Source: Candidatus Levyibacteriota bacterium (lineage in GTDB: Bacteria; Patescibacteriota; Microgenomatia; Levybacterales; UBA12049). Taken from it: a stretch of 64,000 nucleotides of DNA. The position numbers and the translations under genes were made by a program. Location: assembly GCA_003173895.1 (NCBI GenBank), contig PJMG01000022.1, positions 67,454 through 131,453 on the forward strand, in the 5' to 3' direction. Below the pieces are notes generated by a model that made no database searches, was not told the DNA's origin, and was given only the letters and a program-made list of their open reading frames with translations. This document shows positions 1-9,900 of the stretch, piece after piece (position 1 is the first letter of the stretch; every line of letters starts with the position of its first letter).

Positions 1-380
1 CCAATAAAAATAATTTTTTCAGTATAACTTTTAGCAATTGTTTTAATCCGCTTAAGGTTTTCTTTAAATTTTCCCAAAGACACTTTGGTACTTTTATCAA
101 CATTGTAAACCTGAGAATCATTAATACCGATAGCAAAAATTAAAATTATATCTTTTATCTCTTCATAATTTGCTCTGGATTTTATCTCTGTTTCTAATCT
201 TTTAAGAAGTTTTGTGGTATTTTCTCCAGGAATTCCCAGCTGATAAACTTGATGGTAATAATTAAAATTAGAAGAAATTATTTTTTTAGTTATATCTTCA
301 CGAATTCTATTAACCCAACCTCCTTTTTCATCCCACGCACCAAAAGTAATACTATCACCAAAAAATAAAATATTAGCCAT
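1..380 (-). CDS. SGNH/GDSL-family hydrolase (3' end outside window)
   Basis: Manual translation from ATG 380 gives MANILFFGDSITFGAWDEKGGWV, with the GDS block I; TAAAAT lies 6 nt upstream of the ATG. Confidence 0.85.
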   Translation of the reverse strand, partial: MANILFFGDSITFGAWDEKGGWVNRIREDITKKIISSNFNYYHQVYQLGIPGENTTKLLKRLETEIKSRANYEEIKDIILIFAIGINDSQVYNVDKSTKVSLGKFKENLKRIKTIAKSYTEKIIFI

Positions 381-420
381 ATGAGTATTTTACCAAAAAT
401 TATTCTGTTACAATATTTTT

Positions 421-753
421 ATGTCTAGAAAACAAAGATTTATATTTTTCGTGTCATCAATTATATCCTTAATAGGATTTATCATTTTAATTTTAAATTT
501 TTCACCATATTTTCAAATAAATTTAATAAAAGTTCAAATGCCCATTACTATTTTTTTCTTTGTTCTATTTTTTATCCTTATTTTTTCGATTTTCACTTTT
601 ATATTTAGAAGCAAAATTCAAGGTTTAATTTTTAGTTTTTTTTCAACAGGTTATTTATTACTTAATTTTTTTAATTTTAGACACTGGCTTTTTAGTGTTT
701 TAATCGTTTTACTTTTCTTCTTCTGTGAAATGTTAGTTTTAGAAAAAGAATAA
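421..753 (+). CDS. Small membrane protein (about 4 TM)
   Basis: Hydrophobic 110-aa ORF; TGnTACAAT 6 nt before ATG. Confidence 0.65.
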   Translation: MSRKQRFIFFVSSIISLIGFIILILNFSPYFQINLIKVQMPITIFFFVLFFILIFSIFTFIFRSKIQGLIFSFFSTGYLLLNFFNFRHWLFSVLIVLLFFFCEMLVLEKE

Positions 754-792
754 AGAGATGACTTTGAGCCTAAAATGAACTACAATTAATTT

Positions 793-2211
793 ATGACTAA
801 ACATTTTTATATAACGACTACTCTTCCTTATGTAAATGCCGATCCACATATAGGTTTTGCTCTAGAAATTATTCAGGCAGATGTTTTAGCTCGCTTTCAT
901 AAATTAATGGACGATCAAGTTATTTTTAATACAGGTACTGATGAACATGGACAAAAAATTTATCAGAAAGCTCTGGAGCAAAGTTTAGATCCTAAAGAAT
1001 ATTGCGATATTTATGCTGCAAAATTTGAAAATTTAAAAAATGCACTTAATTTAAGTTATACCAATTTTATTCGTACTACAGATGAACAGCATATAAAAGC
1101 AGCTCAAAAATTCTGGTTAATATGTAAAGAAAACGGTGATATTTATAAAAAACTTTATAAAATAAAATATTGTGTTGGCTGTGAACTCGAAAAAACTGAT
1201 TCTGAACTAGAGAATGGACATTGTCTTTTACACCCTAATTTAGAATTAGAAATCAGAGAAGAAGAAAATTATTTTTTTAAATTTTCTAAATACCAAGATT
1301 CACTTTTAAAATTTTATGAAAAAAATCCAGATTTTGTAATTCCAGAAAGTCGTTTTAATGAAATTAAATCTTTTGTAAAAAATGGTTTAGAAGATTTTAG
1401 TATTTCCCGTCTAAAAGAAAAAATGCCATGGGGAATTGATGTCCCAGGTGATCCTAAACATGTAATGTATGTTTGGTTCGACGCCCTTATAAATTATATA
1501 TCCACCATTGACTGGCCTGAAGACATGAAAGAATTTGAAGAATATTGGCCAGTAGTTCAATTCGCAGGTAAAGATCAAGTTCGTCAACAAGCCGCTATGT
1601 GGCAATCTATGTTAATGTCTGCAAAAATATCTGGCTCCAAACAAATTTTTATTCATGGATTTATGACTATAGACGGTCAAAAAATCAGTAAAAGTTTAGG
1701 CAATGTTATAAACCCTATAGAAGTGGTAGAAAAATATGGAACAGATGCCTTACGTTATTATCTTTTAGCTAAAATACATCCAACTGAAGATAGTGATTTT
1801 TCATGGGAAAAATTCAAAGAAAGCTATAACGCCGATTTAGCAAATGGTTTAGGGAATCTCGTGGCTCGAGTAGCAAAACTTGCTGAAAAGATTGAATTGC
1901 ATGGAATAAATAAAAATTTACAAATTCATGAAAATGTTCCAACTTTATTAAAAGATTATAAATTCAATGAAATATTAGATTATATTTGGTCTGTGGAATT
2001 AAGAAAATTAGATCAAGAAATAAATGAAGTCCAACCCTGGAAAATTGAAGATCAAGAAAAACTTAAGGAATTTTTGGGAGAAATAATTTCTAATATTTTA
2101 GATTTAGCATATAATCTACAACCATTTTTACCAGAAACTGCTGAAAAAATTATAAAACAATTCACTGCTGAAAAAATTATTTTTCAAAAACCACTTTTTC
2201 CAAGAATTTAA
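793..2211 (+). CDS. metG: Methionine--tRNA ligase (short form without C-terminal tRNA-binding domain)
   Basis: YITTTLPYVN, HIGF (HIGH), GTDEHG, YVWFDAL and KISKS (KMSKS) motifs. Confidence 0.97.
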   Translation: MTKHFYITTTLPYVNADPHIGFALEIIQADVLARFHKLMDDQVIFNTGTDEHGQKIYQKALEQSLDPKEYCDIYAAKFENLKNALNLSYTNFIRTTDEQHIKAAQKFWLICKENGDIYKKLYKIKYCVGCELEKTDSELENGHCLLHPNLELEIREEENYFFKFSKYQDSLLKFYEKNPDFVIPESRFNEIKSFVKNGLEDFSISRLKEKMPWGIDVPGDPKHVMYVWFDALINYISTIDWPEDMKEFEEYWPVVQFAGKDQVRQQAAMWQSMLMSAKISGSKQIFIHGFMTIDGQKISKSLGNVINPIEVVEKYGTDALRYYLLAKIHPTEDSDFSWEKFKESYNADLANGLGNLVARVAKLAEKIELHGINKNLQIHENVPTLLKDYKFNEILDYIWSVELRKLDQEINEVQPWKIEDQEKLKEFLGEIISNILDLAYNLQPFLPETAEKIIKQFTAEKIIFQKPLFPRI

Positions 2212-2597
2212 TTATTTTTTATACCTTCAATTAATCCCGTTGCAATATGATTAGCTAGTTCCTCTTCTATTTCTTCTTTTAATTTGAGTTCTGATGGTTC
2301 TTCCAAAACTTTTTTTAAAAGTGAAATTGAAAGGCTAGCTAATGGTCCACCAGGAATAAACATAGTCATAAAATCTAACATCATTAAATCCTTTTTAACT
2401 TTACTTAATTTTTCTGCCCTCTCTTTTTCAGCTTCTTCATTTATTTCTTCAAGCGTCTTTGGAGGATCAGAACTGTTATTTTTAGTTTCTGATTTTTTAG
2501 TATTAGGGAATAAGAAGTAATCACGCCGAGTAGAATGACGTTTAAAATTAACTTGAGCCTCAAATTCTATAGTGTTTTTTGTAGTTTCAGAGCTCAT
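2208..2597 (-). CDS. Hypothetical protein
   Basis: 129-aa ORF with AAAGGAG Shine-Dalgarno 5 nt before ATG. Confidence 0.55.
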   Translation of the reverse strand: MSSETTKNTIEFEAQVNFKRHSTRRDYFLFPNTKKSETKNNSSDPPKTLEEINEEAEKERAEKLSKVKKDLMMLDFMTMFIPGGPLASLSISLLKKVLEEPSELKLKEEIEEELANHIATGLIEGIKNN

Positions 2598-2731
2598 AAG
2601 TGCTCCTTTCGAGTATAATATTAATTAAACTTAGCCAGATTAGCTTTATATTTACCTAACAAAATAATAACTAAAGATGCCTTTATTATTATAGGATTGT
2701 TTTATGCCCAAAACTCTGATATCATACTTCT

Positions 2732-3592
2732 ATGAGTAGAGAAGCTTTTGAAAGAGAAGAAGCAATTTTTACATCAATTGCACAAAATCATGCTAATCTT
2801 AAGTATCATTCTCCTATTGAAACTTTGATAAATAGATCTAATTTTATGTCTACAAACTCTGCTGATAATTTAGTTTATTCTGGTTCTTTATTAACAGTTT
2901 TAAATGAGCTAAATGCTTCACTTAAATTTCCTAATGAAGAAAATTCTCTTAAATATAAAATTTTTCACCCTGCGCGCGTAATAAGAGCATTAATTGATTT
3001 TAAAATTAATCATCCTGAAAATTTAGGAATACATCAATATATTTTAGATGCTATAAAAATTAACCTTGCTATTTTTCAAGATAATAGTAGTGCAACTAAA
3101 GATTTAGAAGATTTTACTAAAAAAATTTATAACAATGATAGCGATCTATTAAATATTCCTATCCAACAAAAGCAAGATATGGCTACTTGGTTAGGAACTG
3201 ATCCAGAACTATCATATAAAGCTGCACTTAATGTAGCATTTCAACTTTTAGGTGAAGATATATTTTTTATAGCATTAGCACATGGAGGTACAATAGCAGG
3301 TATGGATGTTTTTCTTAGATATTTAGAATTATCAGGTAATTCTAATTCAGATTTTTATGTAGCAAGATTTTCTCGTAATAAACATCAAGATAAACAATTA
3401 CAATTAGATGAGATTGAATTGGATTATATAAGAGAAAAAAGTAAGGGAAAACATATTGTAGTATTTGAAGAAGATAGTGTAAAACATCGAACTTATCAAG
3501 ATGCGAGTAATTATTTAAAAAGTATCTTCTCTGAAACAGATATAATCGCTATTTGTAATGCTGAATTAGGACATTTTACTCCAAATAATTAA
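2732..3592 (+). CDS. Hypothetical protein with possible C-terminal phosphoribosyltransferase-like fold
   Basis: ALAHGG and IVVFEEDSVKHRT resemble PRTase loop and PRPP motifs; extended -10 directly upstream. Confidence 0.5.
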   Translation: MSREAFEREEAIFTSIAQNHANLKYHSPIETLINRSNFMSTNSADNLVYSGSLLTVLNELNASLKFPNEENSLKYKIFHPARVIRALIDFKINHPENLGIHQYILDAIKINLAIFQDNSSATKDLEDFTKKIYNNDSDLLNIPIQQKQDMATWLGTDPELSYKAALNVAFQLLGEDIFFIALAHGGTIAGMDVFLRYLELSGNSNSDFYVARFSRNKHQDKQLQLDEIELDYIREKSKGKHIVVFEEDSVKHRTYQDASNYLKSIFSETDIIAICNAELGHFTPNN

Positions 3593-3642
3593 ATACTTTT
3601 TATTAGTTACTCTTAGATTTATAATCAATTTAATTCTAAATT

Positions 3643-4563
3643 ATGATTGACGTTCATTGTCATTTAAATTTTCACGCGTTTCATAAAGATTTTGACGAAG
3701 TAACTCAAAGAGCTTTCGAGTCTGGAGTTAAAACTATCATAAATGTGGGAACTAAATTAGATTCTAGTCAAAAAGCTGTTCAGTTAGCTGAAAAATATGA
3801 TAATTTTTACGCCATAGTCGGAATACATCCCCATCATGCAGATAAGAAAGACCTGAATCAGGAATTAGGAATCAAGAATAAAGCAGGGGTGACGCGAGAG
3901 GAAGGGATCCCAGCTCACGCAGCGAATGAAATGAGTCGAGTAAGTTGGGAGGGAAACTCGCGGCAGGACCCCGAAAACTGGTTCCAACAATTAGAAATTT
4001 TAGCCAAAAATCCTAAGGTAGTGGCTATTGGCGAAATAGGACTTGATTATTACTCATACCAATCAAATGGGATAGTAAACCCAAAACTTCAGAAAGAAAT
4101 CTTTGAAGCTCAAATTGAACTAGCATATAAGCTTAAATTGCCATTACAAATTCATGGAAGACACGCAGGGAAAGATATTTTAGAAATACTTAATCATCAT
4201 AAAAATCTGCTCCAAAATGTAACTGGTATGTTTCATTGCTTTGCAGGCGATTTAGAAATTTTAAAAGGAGCTTTAGATTTAGGATTTTATATTGGCTTTG
4301 ATGGTAATTTAACTTATTCAGGCTTAGCTCCTGGTGAAACTGTAACTTTATCTGAGATATGCCAACAAACCCCTTTAGATAAAATAGTTACTGAAACAGA
4401 TAGTCCATTTTTAACACCAATTCCTTTTAGAGGTAGTCGTAATGAGCCCAAAAATGTTATACTAGTAGGAGAAAAAATAGCCCAGATTAAGAATTTATCA
4501 ATTGAAAAGATAGATCAAATTACGACACAAAATGCTCAGAAATTATTTAGAATAAAATCCTGA
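3643..4563 (+). CDS. tatD: TatD-family hydrolase/DNase with an in-frame insertion
   Basis: DVHCH, GIHPH, GEIGLDY, HCF and ETDSPFL motifs. Confidence 0.93.
   Translation: MIDVHCHLNFHAFHKDFDEVTQRAFESGVKTIINVGTKLDSSQKAVQLAEKYDNFYAIVGIHPHHADKKDLNQELGIKNKAGVTREEGIPAHAANEMSRVSWEGNSRQDPENWFQQLEILAKNPKVVAIGEIGLDYYSYQSNGIVNPKLQKEIFEAQIELAYKLKLPLQIHGRHAGKDILEILNHHKNLLQNVTGMFHCFAGDLEILKGALDLGFYIGFDGNLTYSGLAPGETVTLSEICQQTPLDKIVTETDSPFLTPIPFRGSRNEPKNVILVGEKIAQIKNLSIEKIDQITTQNAQKLFRIKS
3855..3882 (+). repeat. Degenerate heptamer tandem repeat inside tatD
   Basis: GAATCAG GAATTAG GAATCAA GAATAAA. Confidence 0.7.
3886..3972. repeat. 87-nt GC-rich palindromic element inserted in frame in tatD
   Basis: Nested inverted repeats GGGGT/ACCCC, CGCGAG/CTCGCG, TCCCAGCT/AGTTGGGA; length is exactly 29 codons. 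Confidence 0.8.
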
Positions 4564-4577
4564 AAATAAAATAAATT

Positions 4578-6071
4578 ATGACCAGTTTTCTAGATAAAGT
4601 TTTTACCCGCTACCCCATAAAAACTAAAAGAAGTTTGGAAATTTTAATTGGCGTACTTTCCTGGAGTATCATTCTATCTCCTATTTGGGCATCTTTATTA
4701 TTTCCCTTAGCCCTAGCTTACTTTATTCTATTCTTTGATGTTTATTGGCTTTATAAATCATTCTGGTTGGTTATTACTTCTTATATCGCATCGAACAAAA
4801 TAAAAGTTTCAGAAAGAGAAAATTGGTTAGCTCACGCAGTTGAGCAAAAATCTTATGAAAAAACTAAACATATAGTGATTATTCCTAACTATAAAGAAAG
4901 TGCTGAAAAACTAAGAGAAACTATATTAACACTCGCTAAACAAACTTTACCCACCAATAAAATATTTGTAGTCTTAGGTATGGAAGAGAGAGAAGAAAAA
5001 GGTAAAGAAAAAGCTAATATCTTAATTAATGAATTTAAAAATAAATTTGCTGGAATTTATGCCACATTTCACCCAGATATAAAAGGAGAAGTAAAAGGTA
5101 AATCTTCCAATGAAGCTTTTGCTGCTAAAACTATTTATAAAAAACTTATAAAGGGGAAAAAAATTGACGAGATGTTTACTACTATATCTTCAGTCGATGC
5201 GGATAGTATTTTTGACTCACAATATTTCGCTTACTTAACTAATAGCTTTTTGTTAGATAAAAATAGATATAATAAATTCTGGCAATCAGCTAACGTTCAA
5301 TATAACAATATTTGGGAAGTTCCAGCCCCGGTTAGAATTGTTTCCTTTTTTGGTTCACTTTATAGAACTGCACTTTTAGTTCAGGGTGATCGTTTAGTTT
5401 CTAACTCTACTTATTCTTTATCATTAAAACTTTTGGTGGATATTGGATTTTGGGATACAGATGTAATTCCTGAAGATTATAGAATTTTCTTTAAAGCATT
5501 TTTTAAAAAGGGTGGAAATATATTTGTAGAGCCAATTTTTCTTAAGACATCACTTGATGCACCACAATCAACTTCTTTATGGAAAACATTAAGAAATAAA
5601 TATGATCAGGAACGACGTTGGAGTTGGGGAATTTCTGATGATCCTTTATTTATAAAGTGGTGGTTAACAGTTCCAAATGTTTCACTTATTAGAAAAACTA
5701 CGATACTTTTTCATGTAATTTTAGATCATTTACTTTGGCCTGTTAGTTGGTTCATTATAACATTAGCTGCAAATATAATTCCTTTTATCAATCCAGTTTT
5801 CAGTAGGACTACACTTGGGTATAGACTCCCCCAACTAGCAGGTATTATTCTAACTTGTTGTCTTTTTGGCACATTATCTATGATAGTTATTGATTTTAGA
5901 AATAGAGGAGATTATAAAAAAGTTTCTAAAGTTAGAAAATTTTTATTCCCTCTGGAATTTATTTATTTACCGATTGTGGGCTTTTTCTTATCTGCTTTAC
6001 CTGCCATTATTTCTCATACTCAACTTATTTTAGGAAAACGTATAGAATATAAAGTGACAGAAAAAGTTTAG
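4578..6071 (+). CDS. Membrane glycosyltransferase family 2
   Basis: IIPNYKE, KGK, DAD, EDY and QERRW motifs; flanking TM helices. Confidence 0.88.
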   Translation: MTSFLDKVFTRYPIKTKRSLEILIGVLSWSIILSPIWASLLFPLALAYFILFFDVYWLYKSFWLVITSYIASNKIKVSERENWLAHAVEQKSYEKTKHIVIIPNYKESAEKLRETILTLAKQTLPTNKIFVVLGMEEREEKGKEKANILINEFKNKFAGIYATFHPDIKGEVKGKSSNEAFAAKTIYKKLIKGKKIDEMFTTISSVDADSIFDSQYFAYLTNSFLLDKNRYNKFWQSANVQYNNIWEVPAPVRIVSFFGSLYRTALLVQGDRLVSNSTYSLSLKLLVDIGFWDTDVIPEDYRIFFKAFFKKGGNIFVEPIFLKTSLDAPQSTSLWKTLRNKYDQERRWSWGISDDPLFIKWWLTVPNVSLIRKTTILFHVILDHLLWPVSWFIITLAANIIPFINPVFSRTTLGYRLPQLAGIILTCCLFGTLSMIVIDFRNRGDYKKVSKVRKFLFPLEFIYLPIVGFFLSALPAIISHTQLILGKRIEYKVTEKV

Positions 6072-6078
6072 AATAAAC

Positions 6079-7566
6079 ATGAAAATTTTAAATTTTCTAG
6101 AAAATAAAAAAGAGACTTGGTTTCTCATATTTTTTGGTTTTTTATTCTTTATACTACGTTTACCTTCTATTTTTGAACCTTACTGGTATGGCGATGAAGG
6201 CATATATGAAGTACTAGGTTATGGAATAAGACACGGACGACTGTTATATAAAACTATTTGGGATAATAAACCACCTATTTTATATTGGATTTATGGGATT
6301 TTTGATGGCAATCAGTTAGAAGTTAAGGCTTTATCACTAGTTTTTGGCTTGCTGGCTCTTTTTGCATTTTTCTTTTTAATAAAACTTCTGTTCAAGCCTA
6401 AAACAAAAACTGTTTACTTAGTAGGACTTAGTTTATTCACTTTATTTTTTGCCACTCCTATTTTAGAAGGGAATATCGCTAATGCGGAAAATTTTATGTT
6501 ATTTCCAATCATTTTATCGGCATTTATTATTTTTTCAATTACTACTAATAACCACAGAGAATCAACTACTTACTATAAACTACTAATTTTAGCAGGAATA
6601 TTATTAGGATTTTCATTTTTAATTAAAGTTGTAGCAGTCTTTGATTTTGGTGCATTTTTCTTATTTTTATTCCTTATTCATTTTGAAAATATTAAGAAAA
6701 TAAGAAATCAAATTAGAGAACTTTTTTATTTCTCTGTTGGATTTTTTACCCCCATAGTTTTAATTTTTATTTATTTTTTACTACGAGGCACTTTAGCTGA
6801 TTTTATCAAATCAGCTTTTTTCAGTAATATTTCTTATGTAAATTATGGTAATCAATTCATAATCCCTCAAGGATTTTTAATTATAAAATTAGTTTTACTT
6901 TTAGTTCTTTGTACTTTTATTTTTATAAAAAGAAAAAGTATTTCTCAGAGAGATATTTTCATAATATTATGGTTTGCGTTTTCACTTTTCAGTGCATTTT
7001 TTTCACAACGACCATATACTCATTATCTTTTAGTTTTGCTTGCATCAAGTATTCTTTTTCTTTGTCTTATTTTAGAAACTAAATTAAATAAATGGCTTCT
7101 TATAGTTCCATTTCTTTTAGCTTTATTTATAGTAAATAATACATTTGATTCATTTAGTAATGTTTATAAACCCACTTTAGGCTATTATGTTAATTTTTTA
7201 AAATTTGAAACGGGTTGGGAAAATATGGATCAATATATTTCTTTTTTTGATCCAAATTCTCTTCGTGATTTTCAAATAGCTCAATACTTAAATTTAAATG
7301 CAGGCAAAAATCCATCTATTTTTGTTTGGGGTAATAGTGCTCAGATTTATAAAATGGCTAATACTCTTCCACCTGGACGTTTTACAGTAGAATATCATGT
7401 AACTATGTCTGCTCAAAATTTAAAAGAAACTCAAAGTATACTTATGAAAAATAAACCAAAATTTGTAGTTATTCTCCAAGATAAATCTCAATTTCCCCTA
7501 TCTCTTTTAAATTATTCAGAAAAAATTATCATTGGGAATAGCTATATTTATGAAAAAATCTTTTGA
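6079..7566 (+). CDS. GT-C fold glycosyltransferase (ArnT/PMT-like)
   Basis: DEGIY and DNKPP in first loop; many TM helices. Confidence 0.8.
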   Translation: MKILNFLENKKETWFLIFFGFLFFILRLPSIFEPYWYGDEGIYEVLGYGIRHGRLLYKTIWDNKPPILYWIYGIFDGNQLEVKALSLVFGLLALFAFFFLIKLLFKPKTKTVYLVGLSLFTLFFATPILEGNIANAENFMLFPIILSAFIIFSITTNNHRESTTYYKLLILAGILLGFSFLIKVVAVFDFGAFFLFLFLIHFENIKKIRNQIRELFYFSVGFFTPIVLIFIYFLLRGTLADFIKSAFFSNISYVNYGNQFIIPQGFLIIKLVLLLVLCTFIFIKRKSISQRDIFIILWFAFSLFSAFFSQRPYTHYLLVLLASSILFLCLILETKLNKWLLIVPFLLALFIVNNTFDSFSNVYKPTLGYYVNFLKFETGWENMDQYISFFDPNSLRDFQIAQYLNLNAGKNPSIFVWGNSAQIYKMANTLPPGRFTVEYHVTMSAQNLKETQSILMKNKPKFVVILQDKSQFPLSLLNYSEKIIIGNSYIYEKIF

Positions 7567-7903
7567 AAATATTAGAAAAGGTAAGTTAGTTTATACTTGT
7601 TTTATTTTAAATATAATTTTATTAATCTTAGCATTACTAGTAGGAATTTTATTTATAGAAAATCTGCCTAAATTTATTCCTGTTTTTAATCAGATGCCTT
7701 GGGGATATGCTAGACTTGGTTTAAAATTAGAATTTTTTATTCCCATAATCCTTACTTTTTTAATTTTTATTGTAAACATCCGACTTGGATTTTTCTTAAA
7801 GAGTAAGAATTCCTTACTTTTTAGATTTTCTTTTTTAACCAGTATGCTAATTAGTTTTTTTAATTTAATATTTACTATAAGAATTATTTTTCTAATAAAG
7901 TAA
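7550..7903 (+). CDS. Small membrane protein
   Basis: Three TM segments, P-x-F-N-Q-x-P-W-G loop; ATG at 7550 preferred over upstream TTG. Confidence 0.65.
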   Translation: MKKSFENIRKGKLVYTCFILNIILLILALLVGILFIENLPKFIPVFNQMPWGYARLGLKLEFFIPIILTFLIFIVNIRLGFFLKSKNSLLFRFSFLTSMLISFFNLIFTIRIIFLIK

Positions 7904-8974
7904 ATGCGTTTTGACTTAATACTACCGCCTTTGATTATTTCTTTTATAGTATCTGTTATTTTAACTCCTTTAACTATTTTTTTAGCTAAGTTCTTGAAAA
8001 TAGTAGATGATCCTAAAACTCATAAACATCCGGCTATCTTACATACTAAACCTATACCTAGAGCTGGTGGTATTCCTATATTTTTGGCTATTTTTACAGC
8101 TAGTCTTCTTTTTATGTATAAAAATACCGCTTATTTTGGTATGTTTTCTGGAGCCATGTTAGCATTAATAGTAGGTGTAATTGATGATAAATTTGATATT
8201 TCTCCTTATATCAGACTAACTACCAATTTGATTTGTGCAATTATTTTAGTGGCATGTGGAGTTACTATACCGTCTTTTATTACTAACCCATTTGGTGGAG
8301 TAATACATTTTAATTTTATATACTTTGCTTTTAATTTATTCGGACTAAAAATATTAATTCATTTAAGTGATTTAATAGCACTTTTTTGGATTATCTGGGT
8401 TATGAACATGCTTAATTGGAGCAAAGGTGTAGATGGACAAATGCCAGGAGTAATTGCTATTTCTGCGTTTATAATAGGAATTTTGAGTCTTCGTTTTCCA
8501 GTCTTAGATAGAAATTCTATATCTGCGGCTTATTTATCATTTGCTATAGCAGGAGCATCACTGGGATTTTTAATCTATAATTTCCACCCGGCTAAAATTT
8601 TCCCAGGATATGGAACTACTTCTGTTTATCTACTTTTAGCCGCAGCATCCATGCTATCTTCTGCTAAAATAGCCACAGGTTTTATAGTTTTAGCAGTACC
8701 TATGATTGATGGAACTTTTACTATTTTCAGACGAGTTCTATCAGGCAAATCTATGTTCTGGGGAGATAAAAAACATTTACATCATATGTTTTTAACCTTA
8801 GGTTATTCACAACGTCAAATTGCTATTTTTTACTGGCTTATGACTCTGATTTTAGGCATATTTGCGCTCAGTCTTACAGGTAACCTCAAGGTTTTTGCTA
8901 TAATCTTTCTAGTTTTTATATTTTTTGGTTTTTTATTATTCTTACACTTTTTAATTGATAAAAATGAAAGATAA
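7904..8974 (+). CDS. Polyprenyl-phosphate HexNAc-1-phosphate transferase (WecA/TagO, MraY superfamily)
   Basis: PRAGG, GVIDD, GVDG, NFHPAKIF and HLHH motifs. Confidence 0.88.
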   Translation: MRFDLILPPLIISFIVSVILTPLTIFLAKFLKIVDDPKTHKHPAILHTKPIPRAGGIPIFLAIFTASLLFMYKNTAYFGMFSGAMLALIVGVIDDKFDISPYIRLTTNLICAIILVACGVTIPSFITNPFGGVIHFNFIYFAFNLFGLKILIHLSDLIALFWIIWVMNMLNWSKGVDGQMPGVIAISAFIIGILSLRFPVLDRNSISAAYLSFAIAGASLGFLIYNFHPAKIFPGYGTTSVYLLLAAASMLSSAKIATGFIVLAVPMIDGTFTIFRRVLSGKSMFWGDKKHLHHMFLTLGYSQRQIAIFYWLMTLILGIFALSLTGNLKVFAIIFLVFIFFGFLLFLHFLIDKNER

Positions 8975-9899
8975 ATTATATTTATATTTAAAGTTACTTA
9001 GACCAAAACAGTGGATTAAAAATTTCGCTGTTTTTGCTTCTGTTATTTTCACAGGACAATTATTTAATCCTCAAGTACTTTTAGAATCTTTTTTTGCTTT
9101 TATATTATTTTGTTTATTATCATCTAGCATTTATGTAGTTAATGATATTTTTGATATAGAAAAAGATAAGCTTCATCCATTTAAAAAATTTAGACCTTTA
9201 GCTAGCGGTAAAATCACTAAAGGTGATGCTTCATATATTTTCTTTTTTATTTTTGTTGTTTCACTTATAGGAAGCTTCTTTTTAAGTAAAGGTTTCTTTT
9301 TACTAGCTATCGTTTATTTACTTTTACAATTTTTGTACTCCGTTAGACTAAAACACATCGAAATAGTGGATATCTTAACACTTGCTAGTGGATATATTTT
9401 AAGAGTGTATAGTGGAGAATTAGCTACGGGTTATCATATTTCAGTCTGGTTAGTATTAACCACTATTGCTCTTTCGTTATTTTTAGCTGTAGGAAAAAGA
9501 CGTGCAGAATTAACTTTAATCTCTAGACACCAAAATAATAATATTCCAGCGACCCGTAAAACTTTATCTCATTATTCAGAAAAGCTTTTAGACTTATATG
9601 TAGCTATTTTCGTTTCTGCTACATTTATTTTTTACTCTCTTTTTACTTTTCTTAATAATCCAAATAGTACTGTTTTACCTTTATTAAGTCTAGATTTTTC
9701 ATCATTCTTACAAAGAAAATGGCTTATGGTAACTATAGCTCCAGTAGTATATGCTCTTATGCGCTATTTGGAAGATGTATATCAAAAACATGAAGGCGAA
9801 AGTCCGGAAAAAGTTTTTTTATCAGATATTCCGCTTCTAGCAGATGTTTTTATTTGGGCTATTTTAGTTATCTTTATTATTTATTTTGTGAATACTTAA
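8964..9899 (+). CDS. UbiA-family decaprenyl-phosphate phosphoribosyltransferase-like
   Basis: RPKQWIKN, YVVNDIFD.EKD..HP.K..RPLASG and KRRAEL motifs. Confidence 0.88.
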   Translation: MKDKLYLYLKLLRPKQWIKNFAVFASVIFTGQLFNPQVLLESFFAFILFCLLSSSIYVVNDIFDIEKDKLHPFKKFRPLASGKITKGDASYIFFFIFVVSLIGSFFLSKGFFLLAIVYLLLQFLYSVRLKHIEIVDILTLASGYILRVYSGELATGYHISVWLVLTTIALSLFLAVGKRRAELTLISRHQNNNIPATRKTLSHYSEKLLDLYVAIFVSATFIFYSLFTFLNNPNSTVLPLLSLDFSSFLQRKWLMVTIAPVVYALMRYLEDVYQKHEGESPEKVFLSDIPLLADVFIWAILVIFIIYFVNT

Positions 9900-9900
9900 A

